A stretch of 64,000 nucleotides of DNA, from NCBI GenBank assembly GCA_965223295.1, contig CBDCWC010000002.1, forward strand, positions 1,408,001 through 1,472,000, written 5' to 3'. This document shows positions 9,108 through 18,938 of this stretch, piece after piece. Origin of the DNA: Nitrospirales bacterium (GTDB lineage Bacteria; Nitrospirota; Nitrospiria; Nitrospirales; UBA8639). Every line of letters begins with the position of its first letter. Position 1 is the stretch's first letter. Position numbers and translations under genes: made by a program. Under the pieces are notes generated by a model that made no database searches, had not been told where the DNA came from, and saw nothing but the letters and a program-made list of their open reading frames with translations.

Positions 9108-9833
9108 ATGAATGCGTTGATGAGCATTGGCGGGATCACCTTTAGCATAGTCTTCCTTACTCAAAATATTTCACAGCACCCCAACCCCACAGTTACTGCG
9201 TGGAGTCAAGAATCGGGCGCAACAAGCTCCCCGGTTACCAACGAGTCGGTGGAAAAGGGACTTCGCAAGAATCGTGAAACACTACGGGCACTACCAGAAT
9301 TCCAGACAAACGATGCACACACTCACCTTAGACTGGGAGAAATACTGAGCCAACAAGGAGACCCTAATGGAGCCATTGAAGAATATAAAACTGTCATCAC
9401 ACTAGACCCCGCATTCGCAGAAGCCTATCGCGAACTCGGAGCTGTCTACATCGACAAGCATGACTGGAGGAAGGCCGAGCAAGCCTTACGAAGAAGTGTA
9501 GAACTCAATCACCAAGATCACCAGGCCTTGTATTGGCTAGGACGCTCACTGATCGCACAAGACGACTTTGAGCAGGCTCGACAAGCGCTCAAAAATGCTG
9601 TTCAACTAGACCCAACGCAAACAGAAGCCTATTCAGATCTTGCCCTGGCATTTATGGCGGAAGGATACAGCCAAAAGGCGCAAATGGCTTTAGAGGAGGC
9701 CATTAGCAAACAACCGGATTTTGCAGAAGCTCATGATCGACTTGAACGAGTTCACGCCGCCGCCGATGATGATGCGGAACGACTGATTCAATCAGCCCGA
9801 CAAATTCTTGAAACCTTGTTTCGCCGGGAATAA
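9108..9833 (+). CDS. TPR-repeat protein
   Basis: Several 34-aa TPR units (AHLRLG, AYRELG, ALYWLG, AYSDLA). Confidence 0.8.
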   Translation: MNALMSIGGITFSIVFLTQNISQHPNPTVTAWSQESGATSSPVTNESVEKGLRKNRETLRALPEFQTNDAHTHLRLGEILSQQGDPNGAIEEYKTVITLDPAFAEAYRELGAVYIDKHDWRKAEQALRRSVELNHQDHQALYWLGRSLIAQDDFEQARQALKNAVQLDPTQTEAYSDLALAFMAEGYSQKAQMALEEAISKQPDFAEAHDRLERVHAAADDDAERLIQSARQILETLFRRE

Positions 9834-9950
9834 AATCCTTCAACTTCGCAAAGAACTCGGCATGAAGGCTTTCTATTAAAAGGAGGAAAGCATACTCCGG
9901 ATTGTTTAACTCGATACGGTCAAACAAATACAACTGAAGATTCTTACACT

Positions 9951-10142
9951 GGGAGTGTTGAATAATGAAGATATCAAAAGCCATACCTCGCCATTGAGCT
10001 GTTGGCGTTCAACAACGTCGGGGCTGTTCAAAAAAGTCCGTCCAGCAAGGCCACAGCCATTTTTTCGCGCGGAGCGTACTGGTACTACGCGAGCACGGAA
10101 AAATGGCGAGAACGCCGCTGGCGGTTTTTTTTCAACAGACCC
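9951..10142 (+). mobile_element. MITE-like repeat family A, copy 3
   Basis: GGGAGTGTTGAATAA...TTCAACAGACCC, flanked by ACACT/ACACT (9946-9950, 10143-10147). The right duplication overlaps the rtcB stop codon. Confidence 0.85.
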
Positions 10143-10145
10143 ACA

Positions 10146-11375
10146 CTACCCCTTAACACACACCACTTGCCGTAACATGTGAACAATCTCCACTAGATCC
10201 TGTTGGGCTTGCATGACCGCATCGATCAACTTATAGGCTCCAGGAGTTTCATCGAGGACATCTTTATCTTTTCGGCATTCCACTCCCTGCGTGGCCTGTT
10301 CATGGTCGGCAATCGAAAATCGGCGTTTCGCGGCTCCCCTGGACATCGCCCGACCTGCCCCATGGCTACAACTATGAAAACTCTCAGGATGACCCTTGCC
10401 TCGGACAATATACGAACGGGCACCCATGCTCCCCGGAATAATTCCCATATCACCGATTTGTGCCCGCACCGCTCCCTTACGCGTCACCCACACCTCTTGT
10501 CCATAATGTGACTCAACCGCCACATAATTATGATGGCAATTCACCACCTCGTGAGTTGTATCAAACGGCGGAACCTCGCCAGATTCACGAAGAGCTTGCA
10601 CCAAATTCTCCATCATAAGCCGACGATTCGTCATGGCAAAGTCCTGTGCCCATTGCACCGCCTCCACATAATCGTCAAACGACTCCGTGCCTTCTTTCAA
10701 ATAGGATAAATTTACATCTGGCAAATTCCGCATCCATTTCCGCATATCACGTTTCGCCAACTCAATAAAGTACGACCCAATGCGATTCCCCACGCCCCGC
10801 GACCCACTATGCAACATGAACCACACCGCATCCTGAGCATCCAGACAGACTTCGATAAAATGATTTCCAGTGCCTAAAGTTCCAAGATGATTCACGTCAT
10901 TTCCACGATTCAACCTGGGATGTTTTGACAGAATTAACTGATAGATAGGCTGCAATCGTCCCCATTCCTTCAGATGGTGTTGAGGGATATGCCCCCACGC
11001 CCCGCGATCATGCCTCTGCCCATTATTGGTTCTGCCATGCGGAACAGCCCGCTCGATCGTGGTTCGAATCCCACGCAACGAATCAGGCAGATGCTTCGCA
11101 TTGAGCGTGGTTTGCACAGCCATCATGCCACACCCAATATCAACCCCCACCGCTGCGGGAATAATGGCATGTTTCGTCGGAATCACGCTCCCAATCGTGG
11201 CGCCCATTCCCCAATGCACATCAGGCATAGCCGCAACCCATTTGTAGACAATCGGCAAAGAGGCAACATTGTGCAACTGTTGTTCTGCCTCCGGCTCTAA
11301 GGGCACCCCCTTTACCCAGGCCTTAATCGGCACACCCTGCTTCGGTTTAATGAGTTGATAGGACTGTTCAGCCAT
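10146..11375 (-). CDS. rtcB: RNA-splicing/repair ligase RtcB
   Basis: MPDVH, GVDIGCGM, GTGNHF, HSGSRG, HHNY, SHGAGR, DETPGAYK, C-terminal VKG. Confidence 0.95.
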   Translation of the reverse strand: MAEQSYQLIKPKQGVPIKAWVKGVPLEPEAEQQLHNVASLPIVYKWVAAMPDVHWGMGATIGSVIPTKHAIIPAAVGVDIGCGMMAVQTTLNAKHLPDSLRGIRTTIERAVPHGRTNNGQRHDRGAWGHIPQHHLKEWGRLQPIYQLILSKHPRLNRGNDVNHLGTLGTGNHFIEVCLDAQDAVWFMLHSGSRGVGNRIGSYFIELAKRDMRKWMRNLPDVNLSYLKEGTESFDDYVEAVQWAQDFAMTNRRLMMENLVQALRESGEVPPFDTTHEVVNCHHNYVAVESHYGQEVWVTRKGAVRAQIGDMGIIPGSMGARSYIVRGKGHPESFHSCSHGAGRAMSRGAAKRRFSIADHEQATQGVECRKDKDVLDETPGAYKLIDAVMQAQQDLVEIVHMLRQVVCVKG

Positions 11376-11395
11376 AAGTAGATAGCCTGCTACTG

Positions 11396-12298
11396 TCAGC
11401 TAGTGGACAGACGGTCTTTGAAGGTCAATTCGGCAATGGCAGATTTATCCAGTTCTCCTTTGCCGGATTCAACAAGCCGTTGATATTGTTCCCAAGTGAT
11501 TTTCGCCAGTGGGAGAGTAAGCCCGACAGATTCTGCCAGGGCATAGGCTATTCTAGAATCTTTCGCAGCATGTGCCGCTGAGAAATAGCATTCATGATCG
11601 CGATTCTGCATATCAGCACCATCCGTTTCTAACACACGAGAAGCCGCGCCTGTTTGGCTAAACACCTCCTGTAACATTGCTAGATCTAATCCAAGTGCAG
11701 CCCCCAGCCCCAAACCTTCTGCGAGTCCAGCCGTATTGATATTCATCACCATATTCACCAGAGCCTTCACTCGCGCAGCTTGCCCGGCTTCGCCGACATA
11801 GCGAAGCTTGGCACTCAACGTTTCTAAAATCGGCCTCGCTCGTTCAAAACTCTCCTGTTTACCGCCGCACATCAAATACAATGAGCCTTCCCGTGCTTGC
11901 GGGATACTGCTGGCCATACAGGCTTCAAGGGATTGACCACCCTGCTGTTCGACTAAAGCTTCCACATCAATATGCACATCAGGCGATACCGTCGCACAGT
12001 TCACAAATAGGCGTCCTTTTGCCTGCGCCAACAAACTCTCGGAGCCATCAGCAGCAAATATGTTCCGCATCGACGCATCATCAGTCACCACCGTAAAAAT
12101 CATCGTCGCCAATTCCGCAACGCGAGCCGGCGTTTGAGCGCACTCAGCTTCGACCTCCTTGGCAAACAATTCTGCTGAATTCGTATCAACGTCATAGACA
12201 GCCGCGACAATAGCCCCAACATCTTTCAACCGGCGAGCCATATTGGCTCCCATGCGGCCCACCCCTACAAATCCAATCCGTTCCATTGGCTGTCCCAT
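11396..12298 (-). CDS. NAD(P)-dependent oxidoreductase, 3-hydroxyisobutyrate dehydrogenase family
   Basis: IGFVGVGRMGANMA, catalytic K..N (KALVN), AAKD. Confidence 0.85.
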   Translation of the reverse strand: MGQPMERIGFVGVGRMGANMARRLKDVGAIVAAVYDVDTNSAELFAKEVEAECAQTPARVAELATMIFTVVTDDASMRNIFAADGSESLLAQAKGRLFVNCATVSPDVHIDVEALVEQQGGQSLEACMASSIPQAREGSLYLMCGGKQESFERARPILETLSAKLRYVGEAGQAARVKALVNMVMNINTAGLAEGLGLGAALGLDLAMLQEVFSQTGAASRVLETDGADMQNRDHECYFSAAHAAKDSRIAYALAESVGLTLPLAKITWEQYQRLVESGKGELDKSAIAELTFKDRLSTS

Positions 12299-12636
12299 TT
12301 CTTATCCTTTCACCTCCTCAAACCACACGAATAAAACAGGAGAACTTAACAATTCCTCCTTGAATCCACACATTACATCTACCAAACATCTACAAACCAA
12401 GTATAGATGCCTTCGAGACACTCGATGATAAGCATACTTCGCCTTCTCAATTAGAGATTTCTTGGATTATGAACATTTCCCCTTGTTCTAAAATCAACAT
12501 ACCCATCAGAATTCTCTCGTTATTCAGGAATATTCCTATTTTCCCTGTACTTTCATGTGTCGCTTGGCTATCCTTTTACATCCTCACAAAAACGCCCAGA
12601 AACATTTTTGCAACCACTTTCGCATTGTAAGGAGCA

Positions 12637-13056
12637 ATGATGACGACAACATTGATAAGAATCTTTATGGGAATGTCTTTGAGTCTCGCATTATCAACTG
12701 GGATAAGCTCAGGTGCAGAACAAGTAGAAGTCGGAAAGTTTGTGAAGGCACGTATTGAAATCGGAGAGATGATGATGAATTATTTTTCCGGCGGACGATC
12801 GTATGGCAGCGGAGGAGGGCGCCCTTCTCCAGAAGCCATGCAGGAAATGGGGAAGGACATCAACTCGAAGCTGAGCAACTTATTAGCTACGCATGATTTA
12901 ACGATCGAGGAGTATCGTGAACGAAGTCCAGAAGTCTTTGCCGATGAAGCTGCCGTGCAGACATATCTGAGTGAACATCCAGATCTCAAGGAACGATATG
13001 AAGCCCTCCCGTTAGACCGAATGGGCCGTGGCGGCAGCACCGGCAGAGGATACTGA
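12637..13056 (+). CDS. Hypothetical exported protein
   Basis: AGGAG RBS, signal-like N-terminus, helical body. Confidence 0.6.
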   Translation: MMTTTLIRIFMGMSLSLALSTGISSGAEQVEVGKFVKARIEIGEMMMNYFSGGRSYGSGGGRPSPEAMQEMGKDINSKLSNLLATHDLTIEEYRERSPEVFADEAAVQTYLSEHPDLKERYEALPLDRMGRGGSTGRGY

Positions 13057-13131
13057 TTTTTCTTATTGTGCCCACTACATACCTCACCTACCTTTATCAA
13101 TATCACTCACTAAACAACCGAATAGTAACAC

Positions 13132-14961
13132 ATGCCTTACCAACCCATTGAAAATTATGGCCTGATTGGGAATATGCGGACGACCGCATTGATTGGCATG
13201 AATGGGTCAATCGATTGGCTGTGTTTTCCGCATTTCGATTCGCCAAGTGTGTTTGCTTCCATTTTGGACGACAAGAAAGGCGGAACCTTTTCCATTGCCC
13301 CAACCCCCAACCACGTCAAATCCAAACAATATTATTGGCCAGACACGAATGTCTTAGTCACCCGATTTCATACGACCGACGGCGTTGGTCGCGTGATCGA
13401 TTTTATGCCAGTTGGCAAAGATGCTGCCGATTGCACGCAACATGGCATTGTGCGGCGCGTTCAAACCATTCGTGGAACGATGACGTTTAAATTGGAATGC
13501 CACCCGGCTTTCAATTATGGCCGGGATACACATACCATCGCTATCAATGCCCAAGGGGGCATCTTTGAATCCCCAAATCTGTCACTTCGATTGGGAGCAA
13601 CCATCGCCTTGCAACAAGAAGGCGACGCCCTTGTCGCTGAATTCACGCTGGAAGAGGGAGAAAGTGCGGATGTTTGCATTCAAGGGATAGAGCCTGAGGA
13701 ATCTTCCCCTGCCTTTTGCCCCGAATACTATGCCAAAGAACTCTTCACGCAAACTGTCGTGTATTGGCGATCCTGGTTAGCCAAATGTACCTACTCCGGC
13801 CGCTGGCGTGAAATGGTTCATCGCTCGGCCTTAGTTCTGAAACTCCTCACCTTTAAACCAACAGGCGCCATCGTGGCGGCACCCACCTGCAGTCTTCCGG
13901 AGGACATTGGCGGCGAACGCAATTGGGATTACCGCTATACGTGGATTCGGGATGCGGCTTTTACGCTCTATGGCCTCCTTCGTATTGGATTTACCGACGA
14001 AGCTTCGGAATTCATGAATTGGCTGGAAGCTCGTTGCCATGAACTCGCACCAGATGGTTCCCTCCAAATCATGTACGGCATTGATGGTCGACATACGCTG
14101 ACAGAAGAGACCCTTGAGCACCTGGAAGGCTATCGTGGCTCATCCCCTGTCCGTATTGGCAATGGAGCCTATGATCAATTGCAGCTGGACATTTACGGCG
14201 AGTTGCTTGATTCGGTTTATCTCTACAATAAATATGGCACACCCATATCCTATGACCTCTGGAAGCACCTGCGGCGTCTCATCAATTGGGTATGTGATAA
14301 TTGGCAACGCCCGGACGAAGGCGTCTGGGAAGTGCGCGGAGGTCAACAACATTTCGTCTACTCAAAGCTCATGTGCTGGGTTGCAGTTGACCGGGGTATC
14401 CGCTTGGCCGACAAGCGTTCCTTTCCCGCAGACCGAGACCGCTGGCTCAAAGTGCGAGATGCCATTTATGAAGAAATTATGGAAAAAGGGTGGGATGCAG
14501 ATCGGCAAGCCTTTATCCAACGATACGGAAGCGACACACTAGACGCCGCCAATCTGATGATGTCATTAGTCTTTTTTGTCTCCCCAACTGATCCGCGTAT
14601 GCTGAAGACACTAGATGCTACCATCAAAGCGCCAGAAAAGGGTGGCTTAGTGTCGAACGGACTCGTCTATCGCTACAACATCGCCGAATCCGCCGATGGC
14701 CTCAGCGGTGAGGAAGGCACCTTTAATATCTGTACGTTTTGGTTAGTGGAAGCCCTCACTCGCGCCGGCCAAACTGATCGCAGCAAGTTAGAAGCCGCCC
14801 GGCTCCTCTTTGAACAAATGTTAGGCTATGCGAATCATCTCGGCCTCTATGCAGAAGAAACCGGGCATCATGGCGAAGCTCTCGGAAATTTCCCTCAAGC
14901 CTTTACACATCTCGCGCTCATCAGCGCTGCCTTCAATCTCGACCGCGCTCTTGGAAAATAA
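13132..14961 (+). CDS. Glycoside hydrolase family 15 (trehalase/glucoamylase-like)
   Basis: [40 protein letters not shown]. Confidence 0.92.
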   Translation: MPYQPIENYGLIGNMRTTALIGMNGSIDWLCFPHFDSPSVFASILDDKKGGTFSIAPTPNHVKSKQYYWPDTNVLVTRFHTTDGVGRVIDFMPVGKDAADCTQHGIVRRVQTIRGTMTFKLECHPAFNYGRDTHTIAINAQGGIFESPNLSLRLGATIALQQEGDALVAEFTLEEGESADVCIQGIEPEESSPAFCPEYYAKELFTQTVVYWRSWLAKCTYSGRWREMVHRSALVLKLLTFKPTGAIVAAPTCSLPEDIGGERNWDYRYTWIRDAAFTLYGLLRIGFTDEASEFMNWLEARCHELAPDGSLQIMYGIDGRHTLTEETLEHLEGYRGSSPVRIGNGAYDQLQLDIYGELLDSVYLYNKYGTPISYDLWKHLRRLINWVCDNWQRPDEGVWEVRGGQQHFVYSKLMCWVAVDRGIRLADKRSFPADRDRWLKVRDAIYEEIMEKGWDADRQAFIQRYGSDTLDAANLMMSLVFFVSPTDPRMLKTLDATIKAPEKGGLVSNGLVYRYNIAESADGLSGEEGTFNICTFWLVEALTRAGQTDRSKLEAARLLFEQMLGYANHLGLYAEETGHHGEALGNFPQAFTHLALISAAFNLDRALGK

Positions 14962-15118
14962 TTCCTCCCCTTTGTAAGGGGCTTGAACCCGAAGAGGGTT
15001 CAAGCAGGTGGAGTAGAGGAACAGCTCTATCCCCCTACCATTGCCCTACCCGCTTCTAAAGCCATTTAGCGGCTGCGACTTCTACCTCCCCTAACCCCTC
15101 CATATAAAAGAGGGGAAT
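14961..15118. repeat. Inverted pair of REP-like palindromes; the first contains an extra perfect hairpin
   Basis: 15081-15118 TCTACCTCCCCTAACCCCTCC...GAGGGGAAT. 14961-15017 is a related copy on the opposite strand, interrupted by GCTTGAACCC-GAAGA-GGGTTCAAGC. Confidence 0.6.
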
Positions 15119-15326
15119 GCGTCAAAGACTCAGTTCCTTAAATTCCCCAGGAAAAAACCGCATACACAAAAATTTCAGGCATTTATTAGGGAAACTCGAC
15201 GTCTTCTGATTTTCATTCCGATTTGCTTTTTCTCATAACCTAACCGTAGGATTCCAATATCTATTTTCTAAACGTTCAAAAGAATTAGATTGTTCATAAT
15301 ATTCTTAAACACAGAACCACAGATCC

Positions 15327-16031
15327 ATGTTCACTTTATTCGGACTGGCTTTTGTTTTAGGGCTACGACATGCACTTGAGGCGGATCATGCCGCAGCGGT
15401 CGCGTCACTCTCCACTCAAAACCGATCCGTATTTCAGTCGATGAAGCAAGGGATAGTCTGGGGATGTGGGCATACGGTCACCCTCTTCCTGTTTGGGTCA
15501 ATCGTTCTCATTCTTGGTATCGTGATCCCTGAGCAATTCGCAGAGGCCTTGGAATGTGCCGTCGGATTTATGCTGGTAGGACTAGGGATCGATGTCTTCC
15601 GACGCATGAGAAACGAACGCATCCATTTTCATCTCCACCAACATGCAGGTGCCACGCCTCACTTTCATGCCCATACGCATGCGCCAAACATGCCCCATAC
15701 AGAAGCTGCCCATCAGCATGCTCACCCTCAGGGGTTTCCCTACCGGGCCTTCATTGTGGGCCTCATGCATGGCATGGCCGGATCGGCCGCGCTCATCCTC
15801 CTTACCCTCAACACCACCATGTCCACATCGACAGCCATCGGCTACATTCTCATTTTCGGGTTAGGCTCTATTCTTGGTATGGGAGCTCTGTCGGTCGTCA
15901 TTGCCATTCCACTCTGGTACTCCGCCCGCTCCCTCACATGGATCCATCATAGCCTTCAAGCTGCCGTCGGAGTCAGCACCATCATCCTCGGCGGATACGT
16001 CATCACCCAACATTCCAGTTGGTTCATCTAA
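15327..16031 (+). CDS. NiCoT/UreH-like nickel/cobalt transporter
   Basis: GLRHALEADH signature, GHT motif, His-rich loop, GLMHGMAGSAA, multiple TM segments. Confidence 0.85.
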   Translation: MFTLFGLAFVLGLRHALEADHAAAVASLSTQNRSVFQSMKQGIVWGCGHTVTLFLFGSIVLILGIVIPEQFAEALECAVGFMLVGLGIDVFRRMRNERIHFHLHQHAGATPHFHAHTHAPNMPHTEAAHQHAHPQGFPYRAFIVGLMHGMAGSAALILLTLNTTMSTSTAIGYILIFGLGSILGMGALSVVIAIPLWYSARSLTWIHHSLQAAVGVSTIILGGYVITQHSSWFI

Positions 16032-16140
16032 AACTTCACCTCGCATGTCCTTCTAAGCCAACACCTATCTTGCTACACTAAAAGAAATCGAACACTCGAA
16101 TTGCGAATTTGAATTGAGATAATGGCCCCTCTTTGTATTG

Positions 16141-17121
16141 CTACACGATACCAGGAGTTTTCTTTTGAAATACTAAGACGGCGCTTTCTAATTCTGGCGG
16201 GACCACTAAATTACTTAACTCCGTATCAATGGTATAGTCAAAATTTCCCTGCTTGGCATAATCCCCCCAGTTCCCACTAGCAAAATGATACCGGCTACCA
16301 ATCACCACATAGAGCTGTACGCTCTTCGTAGAAAAGACGCTCCGCTCGAAATGATTCGCCGGCGGCGGCCAGGAACAGATAACGACCTGAGGTTGATACT
16401 GTTGTAGGGCCTGTTTCGCCTCCACGTGCTGAACATCATCTGGATACTCAATGGCATGTTGCCAACTTTGATTATCCGTGGCCGTGACATTGACGCCTTC
16501 GTCAGCGAGAAAACGCGAAAGCGTACCATCTCCCGCCGCAATCTCGAGACAGGATTGCTGTCCAATCACACCAGCGAGTGCCATTATGAGTTCCCGAGTA
16601 TAAAAACAATAGATCCCTTTTTTTTGGACGAGGGGCATTAAAAGACGTTTTTGAGAGTTTAAGCGCCACCAAAAACGAAACCAGCGTAATGAAACGGGTT
16701 TACGAATGAGGTCCTGGTGGAAGAGCAATTTCTGCATCACAGAGCCATTCAGCCAATTGAATCGTGCAGAACCTGTCGACACCCCCGTTGCAGCTGAAAA
16801 GAGACATTTGTCGACTGCCAAAAGAGACATCCGGCTTCGAATCAAACACGGAAGGGCAGCTTGCAAAGTTTTGAGATTGTTCCTGTTTTTACGTAGTCTA
16901 TCCTCCCAGGTTTTCTCCAATGACTTCGCTTCGTTGACAAACCCCTTTAACATCTGCACCCCGCCACTTTCCAGCGACGAAACGAGCTTCTGCCCAACCT
17001 GCTCCCATTCAGTAGGATAACGCTCCATAAGCTCGTGCAAAAGCGGATTCGCATTCAGCCAAAGAAATTCTTCCTTCAACGAAGAAACATCAGAAGGATG
17101 CGGTCTTCCTACTTTTTTCAC
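16141..17121 (-). CDS. Putative class I SAM-dependent methyltransferase with uncharacterised N-terminal region (start uncertain; ORF extends to 17187)
   Basis: LEIAAGDGTL motif I, ATD and VICSWPP. Confidence 0.65.
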   Translation of the reverse strand: MKKVGRPHPSDVSSLKEEFLWLNANPLLHELMERYPTEWEQVGQKLVSSLESGGVQMLKGFVNEAKSLEKTWEDRLRKNRNNLKTLQAALPCLIRSRMSLLAVDKCLFSAATGVSTGSARFNWLNGSVMQKLLFHQDLIRKPVSLRWFRFWWRLNSQKRLLMPLVQKKGIYCFYTRELIMALAGVIGQQSCLEIAAGDGTLSRFLADEGVNVTATDNQSWQHAIEYPDDVQHVEAKQALQQYQPQVVICSWPPPANHFERSVFSTKSVQLYVVIGSRYHFASGNWGDYAKQGNFDYTIDTELSNLVVPPELESAVLVFQKKTPGIV

Positions 17122-17348
17122 GTGCGTGTCTTTACTTGAATATGCGTAAAAAAATGCTGCTGAGCACCTGCTCTGGAAGCCAATCAACTAGTCACATTTT
17201 ATCATTGACCTCTCTTAAGCCCAGAAGCAGATCTGAGAGTAATTCTGTTATGGTATGGATGAACTGGGCACACACCACAAGTGATGTCATGCCAGAAAAG
17301 AAAGAAGAATTTTTGGCAAGAAGCTAAGTACCTCTGTCCTGAAAACAC

Positions 17349-17391
17349 ACAGAGCTTTTCAAGATCTGGACAGAATCTCGAAAAGCTCTGT
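17349..17391 (-). terminator. Stem-loop downstream of bfr
   Basis: 12-bp perfect stem ACAGAGCTTTTC/GAAAAGCTCTGT, 23 bp after the bfr stop. Confidence 0.55.
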
Positions 17392-17414
17392 TCAAAAATA
17401 TGAAGCTAAGACCG

Positions 17415-17888
17415 TTACGCTTGATGCATATGTTGGCTTAGGAAGTTTTCAACGCCTACCTGCTTAATCGTTTCAATTTGTGTTTCAATCCAATCGATAT
17501 GTTCCTCTTCGCTCGTAACAATCCCTTCCAATTTTGCTCGAGTATTGAAATCTCCGACTTTTACGCAATGCTCGATGGCGTCGGTTAAGAGTTTCACGGC
17601 ATCCTGTTCTAATTTCAGATCGGACTTAAACTGTTCCGGCACGGTTTCGCCAATCTTGAGGGTACCCAGCCGTTGCAAGTTTGGGAACCCATCTAAAAAA
17701 AGGATATGTTCAATAATTTGTTCTGCATGCTTCATTTCATCTATCGCATGCTTGCGAATTTCGTCATGCAGCAACGTATACCCCCAGTTGCCGCACATTT
17801 CTGCATGCAGAAAATATTGATTGATGGCAGTTAACTCGTTCGTCAAGACCTTATTCAGAAAATCGACGACACCCTTTTTGGCTTTCAT
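17415..17888 (-). CDS. bfr: Bacterioferritin
   Basis: ELTAINQYFLH, DEMKHA (heme Met), EEEHIDW ferroxidase ligands. GGAGG RBS. Confidence 0.95.
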   Translation of the reverse strand: MKAKKGVVDFLNKVLTNELTAINQYFLHAEMCGNWGYTLLHDEIRKHAIDEMKHAEQIIEHILFLDGFPNLQRLGTLKIGETVPEQFKSDLKLEQDAVKLLTDAIEHCVKVGDFNTRAKLEGIVTSEEEHIDWIETQIETIKQVGVENFLSQHMHQA

Positions 17889-18035
17889 GAAATCCTCCTT
17901 GCGTGATTAATGTATCAATCTATTCCGTTTATATATTCTTATCAGCTTTACCCATATGACATTTCATTCACTTCATCAACTTTCTTCGGATATGTTATCG
18001 GTCTTTTCTAAAGCAGGTCAAATGTTTTATGTAAG

Positions 18036-18066
18036 TGAAAATTACTAAAATTGAATCTCCTTCTCA
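18036..18066. promoter_or_regulatory. Possible tandem Fur-box-like sites upstream of bfr
   Basis: TGAAAATTACTAAAA and TGAATCTCCTTCTCA resemble the 7-1-7 TGA(T/G)AATnATT(A/C)TCA pattern. AT-rich context makes chance matches likely. Confidence 0.25.
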
Positions 18067-18126
18067 AAATCGTCTATCTACACTTTCAAGATTTAAAACA
18101 AGAATCACTCCTACCACCGACACCTA

Positions 18127-18447
18127 TCAAGTGATCTTCACAGCCGTCCCACTGATACTCACCATCAACATACTTCCAGTTTCTCCCATCACTTCATAAT
18201 CCAGGTCGATCCCAACAATCGCATTGGCTCCGACTTCTAGGGCTTCTTCTTCGATTTCCCGAAACGCCACTTCTCGTGCGCGAGCCAATTCTTTTTCATA
18301 GGCACCTGATCGGCCACCGACGACGTCCCGAATCTTGGCAAAAAAGTCACGAAAAAAATTACTGCCAAGAACGGCTTCCCCGGTGACTACGCCTAGATAT
18401 TCTAGAATACGATGTCCTTCAATGTTGTGGGTTGTTGTGACAATCAT
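18127..18447 (-). CDS. ybjQ: YbjQ/UPF0145 heavy-metal-binding family protein
   Basis: [46 protein letters not shown]. Confidence 0.92.
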   Translation of the reverse strand: MIVTTTHNIEGHRILEYLGVVTGEAVLGSNFFRDFFAKIRDVVGGRSGAYEKELARAREVAFREIEEEALEVGANAIVGIDLDYEVMGETGSMLMVSISGTAVKIT

Positions 18448-18510
18448 ATTCACCTCCTTCTTGTATATCATTAAGTCATGACGGATATAGCTGTGGACGG
18501 TCAGGAAGAA

Positions 18511-18550
18511 TCTACCTCCCCTAGCCCCTCCTTACCAAGGAAAGGGGATT
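18511..18550 (+). repeat. REP-like palindrome, same family as 15081-15118
   Basis: TCTACCTCCCCTAGCCCCTCCTTACCAAGGAAAGGGG matches 15081 at 20 of the first 21 nt. Confidence 0.6.
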
Positions 18551-18890
18551 TTTGAAAACATAGTCCAATATTTTTCCTGCGCTACATTCAACAAAACGTT
18601 TTATAATTAGTAAGTTCAATAGTACGTATATTTTCTTGGGCACCATTCTTACCCCCCAAGTTTAGTATGCCTCTTTTTTTCCTCTACCATGCTCAGGGAA
18701 TGAGCAAATTGCTAAACTAGCGGATTGGATTGAATGAGAGAGTTACATCGCCTATTTATCCACATCTTTATACCCATTTTCTCGGGAGAACGTTCGACTC
18801 TGATCAAGGATATCTGTATCGTAGATTAATCTTGTTGATGAGGGAATATTCATTTCAAAAACATCGTGTCTGACGGATTCCCAAGACCAT

Positions 18891-18919
18891 TTGACTTCAT
18901 CGTATCTGCTCACTAAAAT
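18891..18919 (+). promoter_or_regulatory. sigma70-type promoter for dnaE-accA
   Basis: TTGACT-N17-TAAAAT followed by AAGGA RBS and GTG at 18939. Confidence 0.6.
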
Positions 18920-18938
18920 TTTTCCAAGGACTTTGTCT

